A DNA stretch of 64,000 bases, from the NCBI GenBank assembly GCA_028279685.1, contig JANQNG010000053.1:12347-76346 (forward strand), read 5' to 3'. The number at the start of each line of letters is the position of its first letter. The stretch's first letter is position 1. The DNA is from Candidatus Nanoarchaeia archaeon. Lineage in GTDB: Archaea > Nanobdellota > Nanobdellia > Woesearchaeales > SKIA01. Of this stretch, positions 45,612 to 55,213 are shown one piece after another. A program made the position numbers and the translations under genes. The notes beneath the pieces were generated by a model. That model was not told where the DNA came from. It saw nothing but the letters and a program-made list of their open reading frames with translations, and searched no databases.

Positions 45612-46496
45612 TTATTCAAGATAAGAATCAATCACATTTGCTTTAACAGACACACCAAATATTTTTGCTCCAGGGACAGGAACATACGGTGGAATACGCT
45701 TCTTTTTCTTTTGTTGCTCACTACAAGAAAAAGAAAATGATAACTCTCCGATAAGGGATATAATGTTCCCAAGATCTGTTTTAATAGTCGCAACATCGTT
45801 TTCAATGGTAAGTGTGGCTTCAATTTCTTTATACGTAATTCCTCTATATCTGATATCAAAACTTCTTACATCTTGTTTAATAGTATCATTATTTTCTTCT
45901 TGTAGATCATCATACCAGTGAAGACAAGAGAGAAAAGCAGACATCATCGTATGAGATTCAGGAAGGATAGCATTGCTTGAGTCTATTTCGCAATAATATT
46001 CCTTTTTTTCTATTGATCCTATCTGATTAAGGATAGTTCCTTTATCGTAGTCAAAGTATTCAGAAAATACCCATTTCAAATTGTCTGTTGGAAGACCATT
46101 GGCTTCTGCAAATGTAATCTCCTCTTCTGATGCATCAGTACCTATAAGCGAACGTCTAGCAATAATTGAATTAACGGTTTCTCCATTAACAAGATATTCC
46201 TTAATATTTAACGCAATGCGATAGATTTGTAAGAAAGTAGCATCTATTTGTCCATGCATAACTAATGCATCTCCCTCCTGATAAATCTCGAAAAATGTTT
46301 CCTTATCATCAATAGTGTCAAAAACGAACTTTCTTGTTACATTATAATCTATTCTTGCAGAATCTGCTGTGTGAAAGCATGGAGAATCAGAAAAAGCAAA
46401 TTTTGGATCATCTGCATTTGCAGTAGAAATAATAAATAGAGGAGCTGCTGTTAGGAAAAGGCTTTTCACGAGTTTCCCGAGGCTCATTACAATCAC
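45612..46496 (-). CDS. secreted hypothetical protein
   Basis: Signal peptide (FLTAAPLFIISTANA); 294 aa, no family recognised; start overlaps upstream gene stop by 4 nt. Confidence 0.4.
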   Translation of the reverse strand: MIVMSLGKLVKSLFLTAAPLFIISTANADDPKFAFSDSPCFHTADSARIDYNVTRKFVFDTIDDKETFFEIYQEGDALVMHGQIDATFLQIYRIALNIKEYLVNGETVNSIIARRSLIGTDASEEEITFAEANGLPTDNLKWVFSEYFDYDKGTILNQIGSIEKKEYYCEIDSSNAILPESHTMMSAFLSCLHWYDDLQEENNDTIKQDVRSFDIRYRGITYKEIEATLTIENDVATIKTDLGNIISLIGELSFSFSCSEQQKKKKRIPPYVPVPGAKIFGVSVKANVIDSYLE

Positions 46497-47032
46497 TTGC
46501 TTACTTCATACACATACAACGTTTCGTATGCGAGTTTTTGTTTTCCCACCTCTTTTGATACATATTGATGCTCTTTGAGCAATTTGTCGATTTTTTTCTT
46601 TTTGCTTAATGAACTGAATAATAACAGTATTTTTCCTTTTTTATCCAAGTGATTTCTGGCATCTTTTAAGAACTTTTCTATGATTTCATAGCCTTCAGGG
46701 CCTCCATCAAGAGCTATATCTTTGACGTCAGCATCATTTGGAAGATAAGGGGGGTTAAAAATGATCAAATTGAAAGTGCCTTTGATATTGCTAAACAAAT
46801 CAGATTGTACTATGGTGATAGAAGGATCATTAATAGTTTTATGAAGGTGCTCTATTACTTTCGGATTGATATCGGCAAGTAGAACACGCTCAAACTTCTT
46901 TTTAGCTTCTTTACCGAGTATGCCTGAGCCAGTTCCTAAGTCAAGTGCTTGTTTCCCTTCATAATCACCAATAAAAGAAAGTAAAAAATAGGAATCTTCT
47001 CTAGGCTCATAGATGTTATCACTAATGATCAT
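46493..47032 (-). CDS. N5-glutamine methyltransferase, Mtq2/HemK-like
   Basis: SAM motif LDLGTGSGI, ADINP and NPPY catalytic motif; 179 aa as expected for Mtq2. Confidence 0.75.
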   Translation of the reverse strand: MIISDNIYEPREDSYFLLSFIGDYEGKQALDLGTGSGILGKEAKKKFERVLLADINPKVIEHLHKTINDPSITIVQSDLFSNIKGTFNLIIFNPPYLPNDADVKDIALDGGPEGYEIIEKFLKDARNHLDKKGKILLLFSSLSKKKKIDKLLKEHQYVSKEVGKQKLAYETLYVYEVSK

Positions 47033-47140
47033 AAAAAGAGATAATAATTTCTTATTTTAAAAAACTATTGAGAATCTTTATAAAATAATACTCATTTGCT
47101 CGTACTCTGGGGTGTCAATTTGAAAACAGGGCTGAAAGTG

Positions 47141-47626
47141 ATGGATGTTATGACGACAAAACCAGTTATAGCTTCACCTGAAATGAGTATTAATGCATGT
47201 GCATTACTCATGAGAGAATATGATCTTGGAAGTGTTATTATCAAGAACAAAGACGATGAGTTAATAGGCATTGTTACCGAAGAAGATATGGTGTATAAAG
47301 TCATTGCTGATAAGATTGACGTTGATAATCCTATTTTGGATCTTATGACTAGGAAAGTGGAGACAATTAAGCCTAATGAAGACATTTTCAAAGCGCTTAT
47401 GAAGATGAAAGATTACGATATGAGGAGACTTCCTGTTGTCGATGAACAAAATAAGCTAATGGGGCTTATCACTTTGAAAGATATTTTAAAGATTCAACCT
47501 CAATTGTTTGATTTAATTGTAGAGATGATTGATTTAAGAGAGGAACAGAGAAAGTTTCGGCTTTTTGATAGTAAAGGAAATCTTGCACCAGACTTCAATG
47601 GCAGTGATCTTGATGATGAATTCTAA
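47141..47626 (+). CDS. CBS domain pair protein
   Basis: Two CBS motifs (LGSVIIKNKDDELIGIVTEEDM; RRLPVVDEQNKLMGLITLKDIL); ORF-track start 47096 trimmed to ATG 47141. Confidence 0.7.
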   Translation: MDVMTTKPVIASPEMSINACALLMREYDLGSVIIKNKDDELIGIVTEEDMVYKVIADKIDVDNPILDLMTRKVETIKPNEDIFKALMKMKDYDMRRLPVVDEQNKLMGLITLKDILKIQPQLFDLIVEMIDLREEQRKFRLFDSKGNLAPDFNGSDLDDEF

Positions 47627-47705
47627 AGATAATCGAATCTGAACAAAAACATTTATAAATACCCCTTTATTCTGCTGCACCACTACTTAGGTAGGAGGCA
47701 AAAAT

Positions 47706-48359
47706 ATGGACAAGAAAGCCGTTAAGGAAGCTCTAGAGAAGCTCAGAAAAAATTCTAAGAAGCTTAAATTTAATCAATCTGTTGACTTAGTGATTAGTTT
47801 CTCCGGTCTTAATCTGAAAAATGCATCGCATCAGGTAGATTTCTATGTAAATCTTCATAAGACAAGAGGTAGAAAGATCAAAATATGTGCTCTAGTGGGG
47901 CCAGAGCTTAAGGAAGATGCTGCTAAAGTATGTGATAAAGCCATCCTTGCAGATGATTTCTCTAAATTTCAGAACAATAAAGCTGCACAGAAAAAGCTCG
48001 CGGAGGAATTTGATTACTTTATAGCGCAAGCTGATATTATGGCAAAAATTGCTCAGACGTTTGGTCGTATCCTTGGAACAAGGGGTAAAATGCCAAATCC
48101 TAAAGCAGGATGTGTTGTTCCTAAGAAGGCAAATCTTCAACCATTGTACGATAGACTACAAAAGCTTCTCAGAGTACAAGTAAAGAAAGAACCTGCGTTG
48201 AAAATATCTGTTGCAAAAGAGGATACTGATGATGATACGATCATAGATAATATTATGATAATATACGATCAATTAATTCATCACCTTCCAAGCGAAGAGC
48301 ACAATGTAAAGATAGTACAGTTGAAATTTACCATGAGTAAACCAGTGAGGATACGATGA
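47706..48359 (+). CDS. rpl1: ribosomal protein L1
   Basis: GTRGKMPNPKAG motif and L1 architecture. Confidence 0.93.
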   Translation: MDKKAVKEALEKLRKNSKKLKFNQSVDLVISFSGLNLKNASHQVDFYVNLHKTRGRKIKICALVGPELKEDAAKVCDKAILADDFSKFQNNKAAQKKLAEEFDYFIAQADIMAKIAQTFGRILGTRGKMPNPKAGCVVPKKANLQPLYDRLQKLLRVQVKKEPALKISVAKEDTDDDTIIDNIMIIYDQLIHHLPSEEHNVKIVQLKFTMSKPVRIR

Positions 48360-49204
48360 AAGCACATATATCAGCAAAAAAGAAGGAAGTTGTGAATGGT
48401 ATAGTTAAATTGCTCAAGGAATATCCTATCATTGGTGCAATAAATATGGAGGGACTTCCTGCTAAACAATTGCAAAACATGAGAGAAACACTGAGAAAAG
48501 ATGTTGTTATCTTCATGGCAAAAAGAAGGCTTATCAACATAGCCATTGAGCATTCAAAGAAAAAGGGGCTAGAAAAACTCGTGCCATTTCTGGAAGGTAT
48601 GCCTGCATTGCTTTTTACAAAGGAGAACCCTTTCAAATTATTTAAGATTATCAAAAAGAACAAGAGCCCTGCTCCTGCTAAGGCTGGGCAGAAGGCTCCT
48701 AAAGATATTGTTATTCCTGCTGGTCCTACTCCATTTGCTCCAGGACCTGTTATTTCAGAATTAGCAAGCATTGGATTAAAAACAGGTGTTGAAAATGGCA
48801 AAGTTGCCGTTAAAGCAGATACGGTCGTAGCTGAAGAAGGAACAGAAATAAGTGGGAATCTCGCTCAGATGCTCACAAGATTAGGCATCACACCTATGGA
48901 AGTTGGACTTGATCTAACTGCTGTTTATGAAGAGGGAGAAATCTTAGACAAAAAAGTTCTTGACGTTGATGAGGAACAAACTATCAATGATCTCAAAAAT
49001 GCAGCTTCATGGGCTTTTAATTTAGCTATCTTTTCAGCAATAGCAAACAAAGATACTATTAATCACCTTATTATCAAGGCGTTAACCGAAGCAAAAGCTT
49101 TAGCTCTTGAAGGAGATATCATTACTGAAGATACCAAAAAGGATATATTTGCTAAGGCAGAAAGACAAGCAACAGCGGTTCATGCTCTTGTTCAAAACAA
49201 ATAA
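48356..49204 (+). CDS. rplP0: ribosomal stalk protein P0 (L10)
   Basis: Typical aP0 N-terminus (KKKEVVNGIVKLLKEYPIIGAINMEGLPAKQLQNMR); start overlaps L1 stop. Confidence 0.9.
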   Translation: MKAHISAKKKEVVNGIVKLLKEYPIIGAINMEGLPAKQLQNMRETLRKDVVIFMAKRRLINIAIEHSKKKGLEKLVPFLEGMPALLFTKENPFKLFKIIKKNKSPAPAKAGQKAPKDIVIPAGPTPFAPGPVISELASIGLKTGVENGKVAVKADTVVAEEGTEISGNLAQMLTRLGITPMEVGLDLTAVYEEGEILDKKVLDVDEEQTINDLKNAASWAFNLAIFSAIANKDTINHLIIKALTEAKALALEGDIITEDTKKDIFAKAERQATAVHALVQNK

Positions 49205-49224
49205 TGATTACGGAGGTATAAAAA

Positions 49225-49533
49225 ATGGAATATGTTTATGCGGCAATGGTTTTGCATAAGGCGGGAAAGAAAGTAGATGAAGCTTCTCTTAAGAAAGTGC
49301 TTGAAGCAGCTGGTGTCAAAGCTGATGATGGCAGAGTTAAAGCAATGGTTGCAGCACTTGATGGTGTCGATATCGATGCAGCAATCAAAGAGGCTGCTGC
49401 TGCCCCTGTAGCTGCTGCACCTGCGGCTGCTGCTCCAGAAGGTGGCGATGCACCTGCAGAGAAGAAAGAAGCTAAAAAAGAAGAGAAGAAGGAAGAAGAC
49501 ATGGGCGCTGGACTAGGTGCGCTCTTCGGCTGA
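49225..49533 (+). CDS. rpl12: ribosomal stalk protein P1 (L12)
   Basis: [30 protein letters not shown], Ala/Pro hinge, acidic tail ending [11 protein letters not shown]. Confidence 0.9.
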   Translation: MEYVYAAMVLHKAGKKVDEASLKKVLEAAGVKADDGRVKAMVAALDGVDIDAAIKEAAAAPVAAAPAAAAPEGGDAPAEKKEAKKEEKKEEDMGAGLGALFG

Positions 49534-49561
49534 TTCCCTCTTATAATATTGGTGATACGTC

Positions 49562-50572
49562 TTGCTGAGTGAGACTGAAAAAGAAAAACTAATAGCGGAT
49601 CTTGAAGAACTGCAGAAGCACATCAATGAGAAAAAAAAACATGTCTCCAAAATCAATAAAGAGAAGGAGAAATGGTTCTCAGAGAAACGTAAGTATGGTA
49701 GAGATATCGCTGAAAAAATTGGCAGTTTTAAGGAACAACGCTCAGCAAGAAATGAAATAACAGGTTCTATAAAGGAAAAGAAAGAGAAACGGAAAGAATT
49801 CAATAAGGTTATTCGAAAGAAGATAGAAGAGATTAAGAAATATAAAAAAGAAAAAGATGATATTCTGAAGAAGCATAATCTTCGAGGAGACCCTTCAAAG
49901 ATTAAGAAAACTATTAATGATATGGAGTTTAAGCTTGAGACTGTTCCTATGAGCTTCAAGAAAGAACAGGAGATGAACAAGAAACTCAAGGAGCTAAGAA
50001 AACAGCTTAATGAATATAAGGCGGTAAAAGCCCAAATAGACAAAATAGGATCGCTTTCAAAAGAAATAGATAAGCTTAAGAAAAACTCTGATGAGGTGCA
50101 TGAGGGCATCCAGGAACAAGCAAAGGAAGGCCAGGGAGTTCATGAAGATTTGATTAGTAATTCTAAGGAAATTAATAGTCTAAAGAAGAAAGAAAAAGAA
50201 GCAACCAAAAATTTTACTGAGATGAAGGAGAAATATCAGCATCTTAACAATGAAATGAAAGAACTTAGAGATAAAGCAGATGAAATCAGGAGCAAGCTCA
50301 AAGAAAACAACATTGCTGTTGCTGAGGAAAGAAAGAAATCAGATATGCAGATTCTCAAAGAAAAAGGAAAAGAAGTAGAAGCAAAGATTAAGAAGAAGGC
50401 TAAGCTGACAACTGAAGATTTACTGGCATTGCAAGGCCTGAATAAAAAAGAAGAACATAAACCTAAGAAAAAAGGTTCAAAAAAGACTGAGAAGAAAGAA
50501 AAGACTAGTGTTAAAAAAAAAGAAACTAAGAAAAAAGAGACAAAAAAGAAAGAAGATTCAAAAGAGAAATAA
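49562..50572 (+). CDS. Lys/Glu-rich coiled-coil protein (hypothetical)
   Basis: 336 aa, about 45% K+E, heptad-like periodicity, KKKETKKKE tail. Confidence 0.45.
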   Translation: MLSETEKEKLIADLEELQKHINEKKKHVSKINKEKEKWFSEKRKYGRDIAEKIGSFKEQRSARNEITGSIKEKKEKRKEFNKVIRKKIEEIKKYKKEKDDILKKHNLRGDPSKIKKTINDMEFKLETVPMSFKKEQEMNKKLKELRKQLNEYKAVKAQIDKIGSLSKEIDKLKKNSDEVHEGIQEQAKEGQGVHEDLISNSKEINSLKKKEKEATKNFTEMKEKYQHLNNEMKELRDKADEIRSKLKENNIAVAEERKKSDMQILKEKGKEVEAKIKKKAKLTTEDLLALQGLNKKEEHKPKKKGSKKTEKKEKTSVKKKETKKKETKKKEDSKEK

Positions 50573-50579
50573 TGTTACG

Positions 50580-51392
50580 ATGACACTGTATCTAATTGGC
50601 ATAGGTTTGTATGATAAGAAGGATATTTCTATTAAAGGACTTGAAATTATAAAAAAATGCTCTGTTATCTATTTAGAATATTACACTTCTCTCCTCCATA
50701 ATGCACTTGATGAATTATCAGAATACTATGGTAAAAATATTGTGAAAGCTGATAGAGCAATGGTTGAACAAGGATGCGACGAGATATTGGAGAGAGCTGA
50801 AAATGAAAATGTTGCATTTTTAGTTGTTGGTGATGTGTTTGGTGCTACAACACATACCGATCTATTTTTGAGAGCTAGAGAAAAAGGAGTTACTGTTGAA
50901 GTGATTCATAATGCTTCAATACTGAATGCAGTTGGCTTAGTTGGATTGGAATTGTATAAATATGGAAAAACAACAAGTATTGTTTTCCCTGATAATAATT
51001 GGTTGTCGGAAACCTCTTATGATGTCATTAAAATGAACAAGAAGAATGATCTCCACACTCTTTGCCTTCTTGACATTAAAATAGCTGAACCCTCAAAAGA
51101 AGACTTGCTCCGTGGCAAAACAGACACTCCAAGACCTTCACGATTCATGAAAATTCATGAAGCGATAGATGTCTTACTTCGTATTGAGAAAGTGAGAAAT
51201 GAAGGCATCTTCAGTGAAGATACATTATGCATTGGAGTAGCTAGACTAGGAGCAGAGAGCAAAGAACAGAAGATTGTAGTAGGTAAAGCAAAAGATCTTC
51301 AGAAGATTGATTTTGGAGAACCTTTGCATTCTTTGATTATTCCTGGAAAACTGCATCATATTGAGGAAGAGATGTTGGCCTTGTGGAAATAA
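50580..51392 (+). CDS. dph5: diphthine synthase
   Basis: MTLYLIGIGL..., VAFLVVGDVFGATTH, tetrapyrrole-methylase fold; ORF-track 50508 is an upstream extension. Confidence 0.9.
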   Translation: MTLYLIGIGLYDKKDISIKGLEIIKKCSVIYLEYYTSLLHNALDELSEYYGKNIVKADRAMVEQGCDEILERAENENVAFLVVGDVFGATTHTDLFLRAREKGVTVEVIHNASILNAVGLVGLELYKYGKTTSIVFPDNNWLSETSYDVIKMNKKNDLHTLCLLDIKIAEPSKEDLLRGKTDTPRPSRFMKIHEAIDVLLRIEKVRNEGIFSEDTLCIGVARLGAESKEQKIVVGKAKDLQKIDFGEPLHSLIIPGKLHHIEEEMLALWK

Positions 51393-51488
51393 GTTATTAA
51401 ATTATTAAAAGAGGACAGCATTCATCGTATCATAAGTTTTTGCGCTCAAGAACCAAATGCTAAAGGAAACGAAGGGAAAAAGCCTATT

Positions 51489-51749
51489 GTGCTTATTGAA
51501 GGAATTGAAGAGGTTTTTTTCAATCTTGATTTTTCTCATGTTCCTGAAGAGAAATACAATTCTATTTTAGAATTGGGAGGTGTTCTGCCAAAAGGTATTG
51601 GAAATAGTCTTCGAGCCACTTTCCAAAGTTATAATGGAGGACTCATTTGCGGAACAGTGTTGGATTCCAAGAGTAGAAAATATGATGCTACACTAGGGAA
51701 CGAATATTATATGTTTTATGGGGAATGTTTTGGCATGATGATTAAATAA
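51489..51749 (+). CDS. hypothetical small protein
   Basis: 86-aa ORF with GTG start; no family. Confidence 0.25.
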   Translation: MLIEGIEEVFFNLDFSHVPEEKYNSILELGGVLPKGIGNSLRATFQSYNGGLICGTVLDSKSRKYDATLGNEYYMFYGECFGMMIK

Positions 51750-51750
51750 T

Positions 51751-52860
51751 TCAATGATCAATCTTATATCGTAGAATGGCAGCAATCTTACCTATATCTT
51801 TCAATTGAACCCCTTCTCGAGTCTCAACACTAATAATTTCTACTTTAGTACTCATTGCTTCTGCTTTCTCTTCAATATCAGCAACGGTAGCATCGTCGAT
51901 AATTTCAGAAATCAATACCGTATCAGCGGCACCCATTTTGATAGCTCGCAACACCTCTTCTTGACCATAAGCAGCTAATCCTGTATCTTTTGAAAGATGC
52001 TCGAAGAACTGATGCATCAATCGCTTCTCATGCATTACTTCTTCTTTAGCTAATACATCATCGCATTTATCCAGTAATTCCTGCAATCCAAAATCCCCTG
52101 TATACCCTAAATCCTTCACAGCAATAATTTTTTGTTTAAGCTCATTGGTTAATCCACTTTTTTCTATGAATTCCTCTTTGCTTTTTCCAGGGCCTCCAAC
52201 AAGAATTCCTTTGATCTCATTCTTTCCAAGAAATTCATCTTTAGCATGTTCTGCCATACGCTTATAGAATTCTAGTGCAGCACCATCTCGTAATCGCTCA
52301 AAACGCGCAGCAGATTGTCCTCCTGTTTTGTGTTTTCCTGGAACCGCAGATCCTGATTTTACAAGAGGTATGATTGTTTTTCCTTTAAGCAATGCAAGAT
52401 TCCCTTCACGTTTATCAAGTACAATCATCCCAAACATAATATCGTCATCAAGCATATCTTGCAGAACATCAAGTACAAAGACTTTATCACAACGATATAA
52501 TCGCTGTTTCATAGGTAGAGGAGGTTCAATACTCCATACTTTGTAATCCTGCTGACCTTCGCGTTCAGCTACATTACCAGAAAACGCTGCTAATCCATGG
52601 GGAGGAGTCTTCGGATATGTTTTGAGATGCTGAATCATTTTCTCTAACGCGGTAATTACATTATCTCTTGTGGATTTGCTCTTAATATTAGTGGCGGTAC
52701 CTTGCTCCTGGAAGAGATGCTCAGTAATCTTATTGAGCTCATAACCTTGAGGCACATATACGGTAACAAGCTCGGTATGCCTGCCTCGATAACCTTCAAG
52801 CTCTTTTACGAACTGCTTGAGCTTGAATTTCTCTTTTGCAGTCATGGTGTGTTCTGTCAT
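51751..52860 (-). CDS. prf1: peptide chain release factor aRF1
   Basis: NIKS codon-recognition motif and GGQ motif (KTGGQSAARFERLR). Confidence 0.92.
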   Translation of the reverse strand: MTEHTMTAKEKFKLKQFVKELEGYRGRHTELVTVYVPQGYELNKITEHLFQEQGTATNIKSKSTRDNVITALEKMIQHLKTYPKTPPHGLAAFSGNVAEREGQQDYKVWSIEPPLPMKQRLYRCDKVFVLDVLQDMLDDDIMFGMIVLDKREGNLALLKGKTIIPLVKSGSAVPGKHKTGGQSAARFERLRDGAALEFYKRMAEHAKDEFLGKNEIKGILVGGPGKSKEEFIEKSGLTNELKQKIIAVKDLGYTGDFGLQELLDKCDDVLAKEEVMHEKRLMHQFFEHLSKDTGLAAYGQEEVLRAIKMGAADTVLISEIIDDATVADIEEKAEAMSTKVEIISVETREGVQLKDIGKIAAILRYKIDH

Positions 52861-52883
52861 AATACACTGAAAAGAAGTGTTGT

Positions 52884-53330
52884 TTATAAATATTTACGTA
52901 GAATCCTATCATAAGGTAATGCAAAATTAACAAGAATTAAATCATTGAAATAGGATTTTGGGAGTTTTTTATCATTCTCTACTGTAAATTTACCATCTTT
53001 TCTTGTTTGATACCAAACAGGAAATTGCTTTTTAATAAATTGTTCAGTGTCTCTATAGGTTTGTCCAACATTTCCTGTACAAATGATTTTGGCAAGAGAT
53101 ACAGAGGAATCATTCTCTTCTGATCTATAAATAAGCACTTTCAAAACTTTAGATTTCAATGTCATATGAAAGGAAAAGACTCCCATATCAGAAATACCAA
53201 CAAACCAATCATCATATTCTAAGGGATTGATAGGTTCTGTTGGTGTATGTACATCCATTAATTTATTACTTATACCAGTAATGCTTGGTTTCTGCCTATC
53301 TTCATGTTCCATCCTGATAGAAATACACAA
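52884..53330 (-). CDS. hypothetical protein
   Basis: 148-aa ORF immediately upstream (co-directional) of aRF1. Confidence 0.35.
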   Translation of the reverse strand: MCISIRMEHEDRQKPSITGISNKLMDVHTPTEPINPLEYDDWFVGISDMGVFSFHMTLKSKVLKVLIYRSEENDSSVSLAKIICTGNVGQTYRDTEQFIKKQFPVWYQTRKDGKFTVENDKKLPKSYFNDLILVNFALPYDRILRKYL

Positions 53331-53420
53331 TTATTATATAAACCTTTTTAATAGAACTACTATGAAATGAGTAATTAATATTTTGGTTAACATTATAAAT
53401 GTGCAATTATTGATGATTCC

Positions 53421-53894
53421 ATGATCAAAGAAATCCTCTATTTATTCCTCATAACGCTTGTGCCTGCGATAGAGCTAAGAGGATCTATACCTTATGGAAT
53501 ATTATTTACTGATCTCCATTGGTTTGCCGTGTTTATTATCTGCTTAATCAGTAATATTATATTGGGGGTGGTATTCTATTTGCTCATTGATTTTCTGCTT
53601 AAGTATATTATTCTGAAAATACCATTTATGCATAAGCTTTGGAAGAAGTACATAGCTCGATTGCAGAAAAAGGCAGAGAAGCCTGTTGAACGATATGGAG
53701 CATGGGCAGTAGCGTTCTTTATTGCTATTCCTTTGCCTGGATCAGGCAGTATCAGCGGAGGTATCATTGCCTATCTCTTTGGATTGGAGAAAAAGAAATT
53801 CTTTTTAGCTAATGCATTAGGTGTCTTCGTTGCTGCAATCTTGGTAACAGCAATTGTATTAAGTGGTTCTAGTCTATTTGGCGTGCTACACTAA
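53421..53894 (+). CDS. small integral membrane protein
   Basis: 157 aa, four predicted TM helices. Confidence 0.4.
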   Translation: MIKEILYLFLITLVPAIELRGSIPYGILFTDLHWFAVFIICLISNIILGVVFYLLIDFLLKYIILKIPFMHKLWKKYIARLQKKAEKPVERYGAWAVAFFIAIPLPGSGSISGGIIAYLFGLEKKKFFLANALGVFVAAILVTAIVLSGSSLFGVLH

Positions 53895-55124
53895 TTTGAT
53901 CTTTTTGCATCTTGATATTACATTAGTAGAATTAAGGATGTCTTTGCAAAGCTTCATCACATCAGTATATACTCTCTTCACTTCAGCATATAATCGCTTA
54001 TTCTTCTCATAGGCATTCTTATGCTTTTCCTTGAATGATTTGCATGCATCTTTTGCATTTATTGGAGGACCTTCTCTTATCGTGGTGTTGCTTAACTTAT
54101 TGGCCTTCACAATAATATAAAAAACTCCTTTCTTATTGAATTCAAAATCTCCATCTAATATCCCGAAATCATAATGTTTGAGTTGCTTTTGAATATGCTC
54201 ATAGATCTTATACAACTTCGTTCCTGCTACGTCTTTGCTTCCTTCGACAGGAATAGCTTCGAATGCAATGAAGAAGTTTTCTTTTGATGTATTTTTTTTA
54301 ATATTATGAAGGCTCATAGGGGTTTCAACAAAGCATTCTTGTGAAGGATTATCGAGGAATAAAGCAGCTTTCTCCTTAAACAAGGAGAATTGTTTCTTAC
54401 TTAAGGCAGCAGCAGCATTTCTGCAAGGCTGTACTGGATCAACAAGAATTAATGGAGATATAGTTTTTGCTCCATTAAGTTCTTCCATAACATTTTTTTC
54501 TTTATAGTGATCTTCAATATCAATAATTACGCGATCTTTCCATCGAGATGCATGATCAACTAACTTTTCAAATGAACCATAATAAATAATAAGCAAATCG
54601 ATCACATGGCCTGAAAATCCATTAATATACGATTCAGCGCCGTATATTTTTGCAGCTTTGCAGAATTTTTTAGCGAGTCTAATTTCATCTTTTTGACTTT
54701 CTTTTAAGTGCTTTTTTACCCAAGCAACATGCAAGGGACTCATATCAGTCACATTGACTGCCTCTTTTGGTTTCTCCACCCTCCGCACAGGTACAATCTC
54801 AAAGTGTAATCCCTTATGCAAAAATTGGAAGTAATCCCTGCTGCCATGGATTCTCACAGGATTAAAGTCTTTTAGTACAGGTTCGAGCATATCAGATAAA
54901 GTAGTATCATCATATTGAGGATCAAACCTAACAAACACATCAACATCAAAGTCTCCTTTTAAGAATGTTTCCTTGGCAAAGCTGCCCCCTAGCACAGCTT
55001 CCGCATCAATATACTTAAGATTATCATTGATTTGTTGAATGATTCTCATGACTTCATCTATCTTAATTTTTTTCGGTCTAATATGCTCCTTTACCTGTTC
55101 AAATAAATCAGCCATAGACTTCAT
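53886..55124 (-). CDS. cca: CCA-adding tRNA nucleotidyltransferase, archaeal class I
   Basis: GGSFAKETFLKGDFDVDVFV matches the class-I signature GS...GT....SDxDxFV; ORF-track start 55223 trimmed to Met 55124. Confidence 0.8.
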   Translation of the reverse strand: MKSMADLFEQVKEHIRPKKIKIDEVMRIIQQINDNLKYIDAEAVLGGSFAKETFLKGDFDVDVFVRFDPQYDDTTLSDMLEPVLKDFNPVRIHGSRDYFQFLHKGLHFEIVPVRRVEKPKEAVNVTDMSPLHVAWVKKHLKESQKDEIRLAKKFCKAAKIYGAESYINGFSGHVIDLLIIYYGSFEKLVDHASRWKDRVIIDIEDHYKEKNVMEELNGAKTISPLILVDPVQPCRNAAAALSKKQFSLFKEKAALFLDNPSQECFVETPMSLHNIKKNTSKENFFIAFEAIPVEGSKDVAGTKLYKIYEHIQKQLKHYDFGILDGDFEFNKKGVFYIIVKANKLSNTTIREGPPINAKDACKSFKEKHKNAYEKNKRLYAEVKRVYTDVMKLCKDILNSTNVISRCKKIKLV

Positions 55125-55213
55125 AATCTCTCGATAGTATAAAAAGATACTCTTCTGAAAACGGGAAATATTTATAAATGGCATAGACGAAGTATTAATA
55201 AAGAGGTGTATCG

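Noticed and set aside
48328-50109. Minus-strand ORFs 48328-48801, 49236-49502, 49513-50109
   Set aside because: Antisense to L10/P0, P1 and the coiled-coil gene respectively. The plus-strand genes have clear ribosomal-protein identity.
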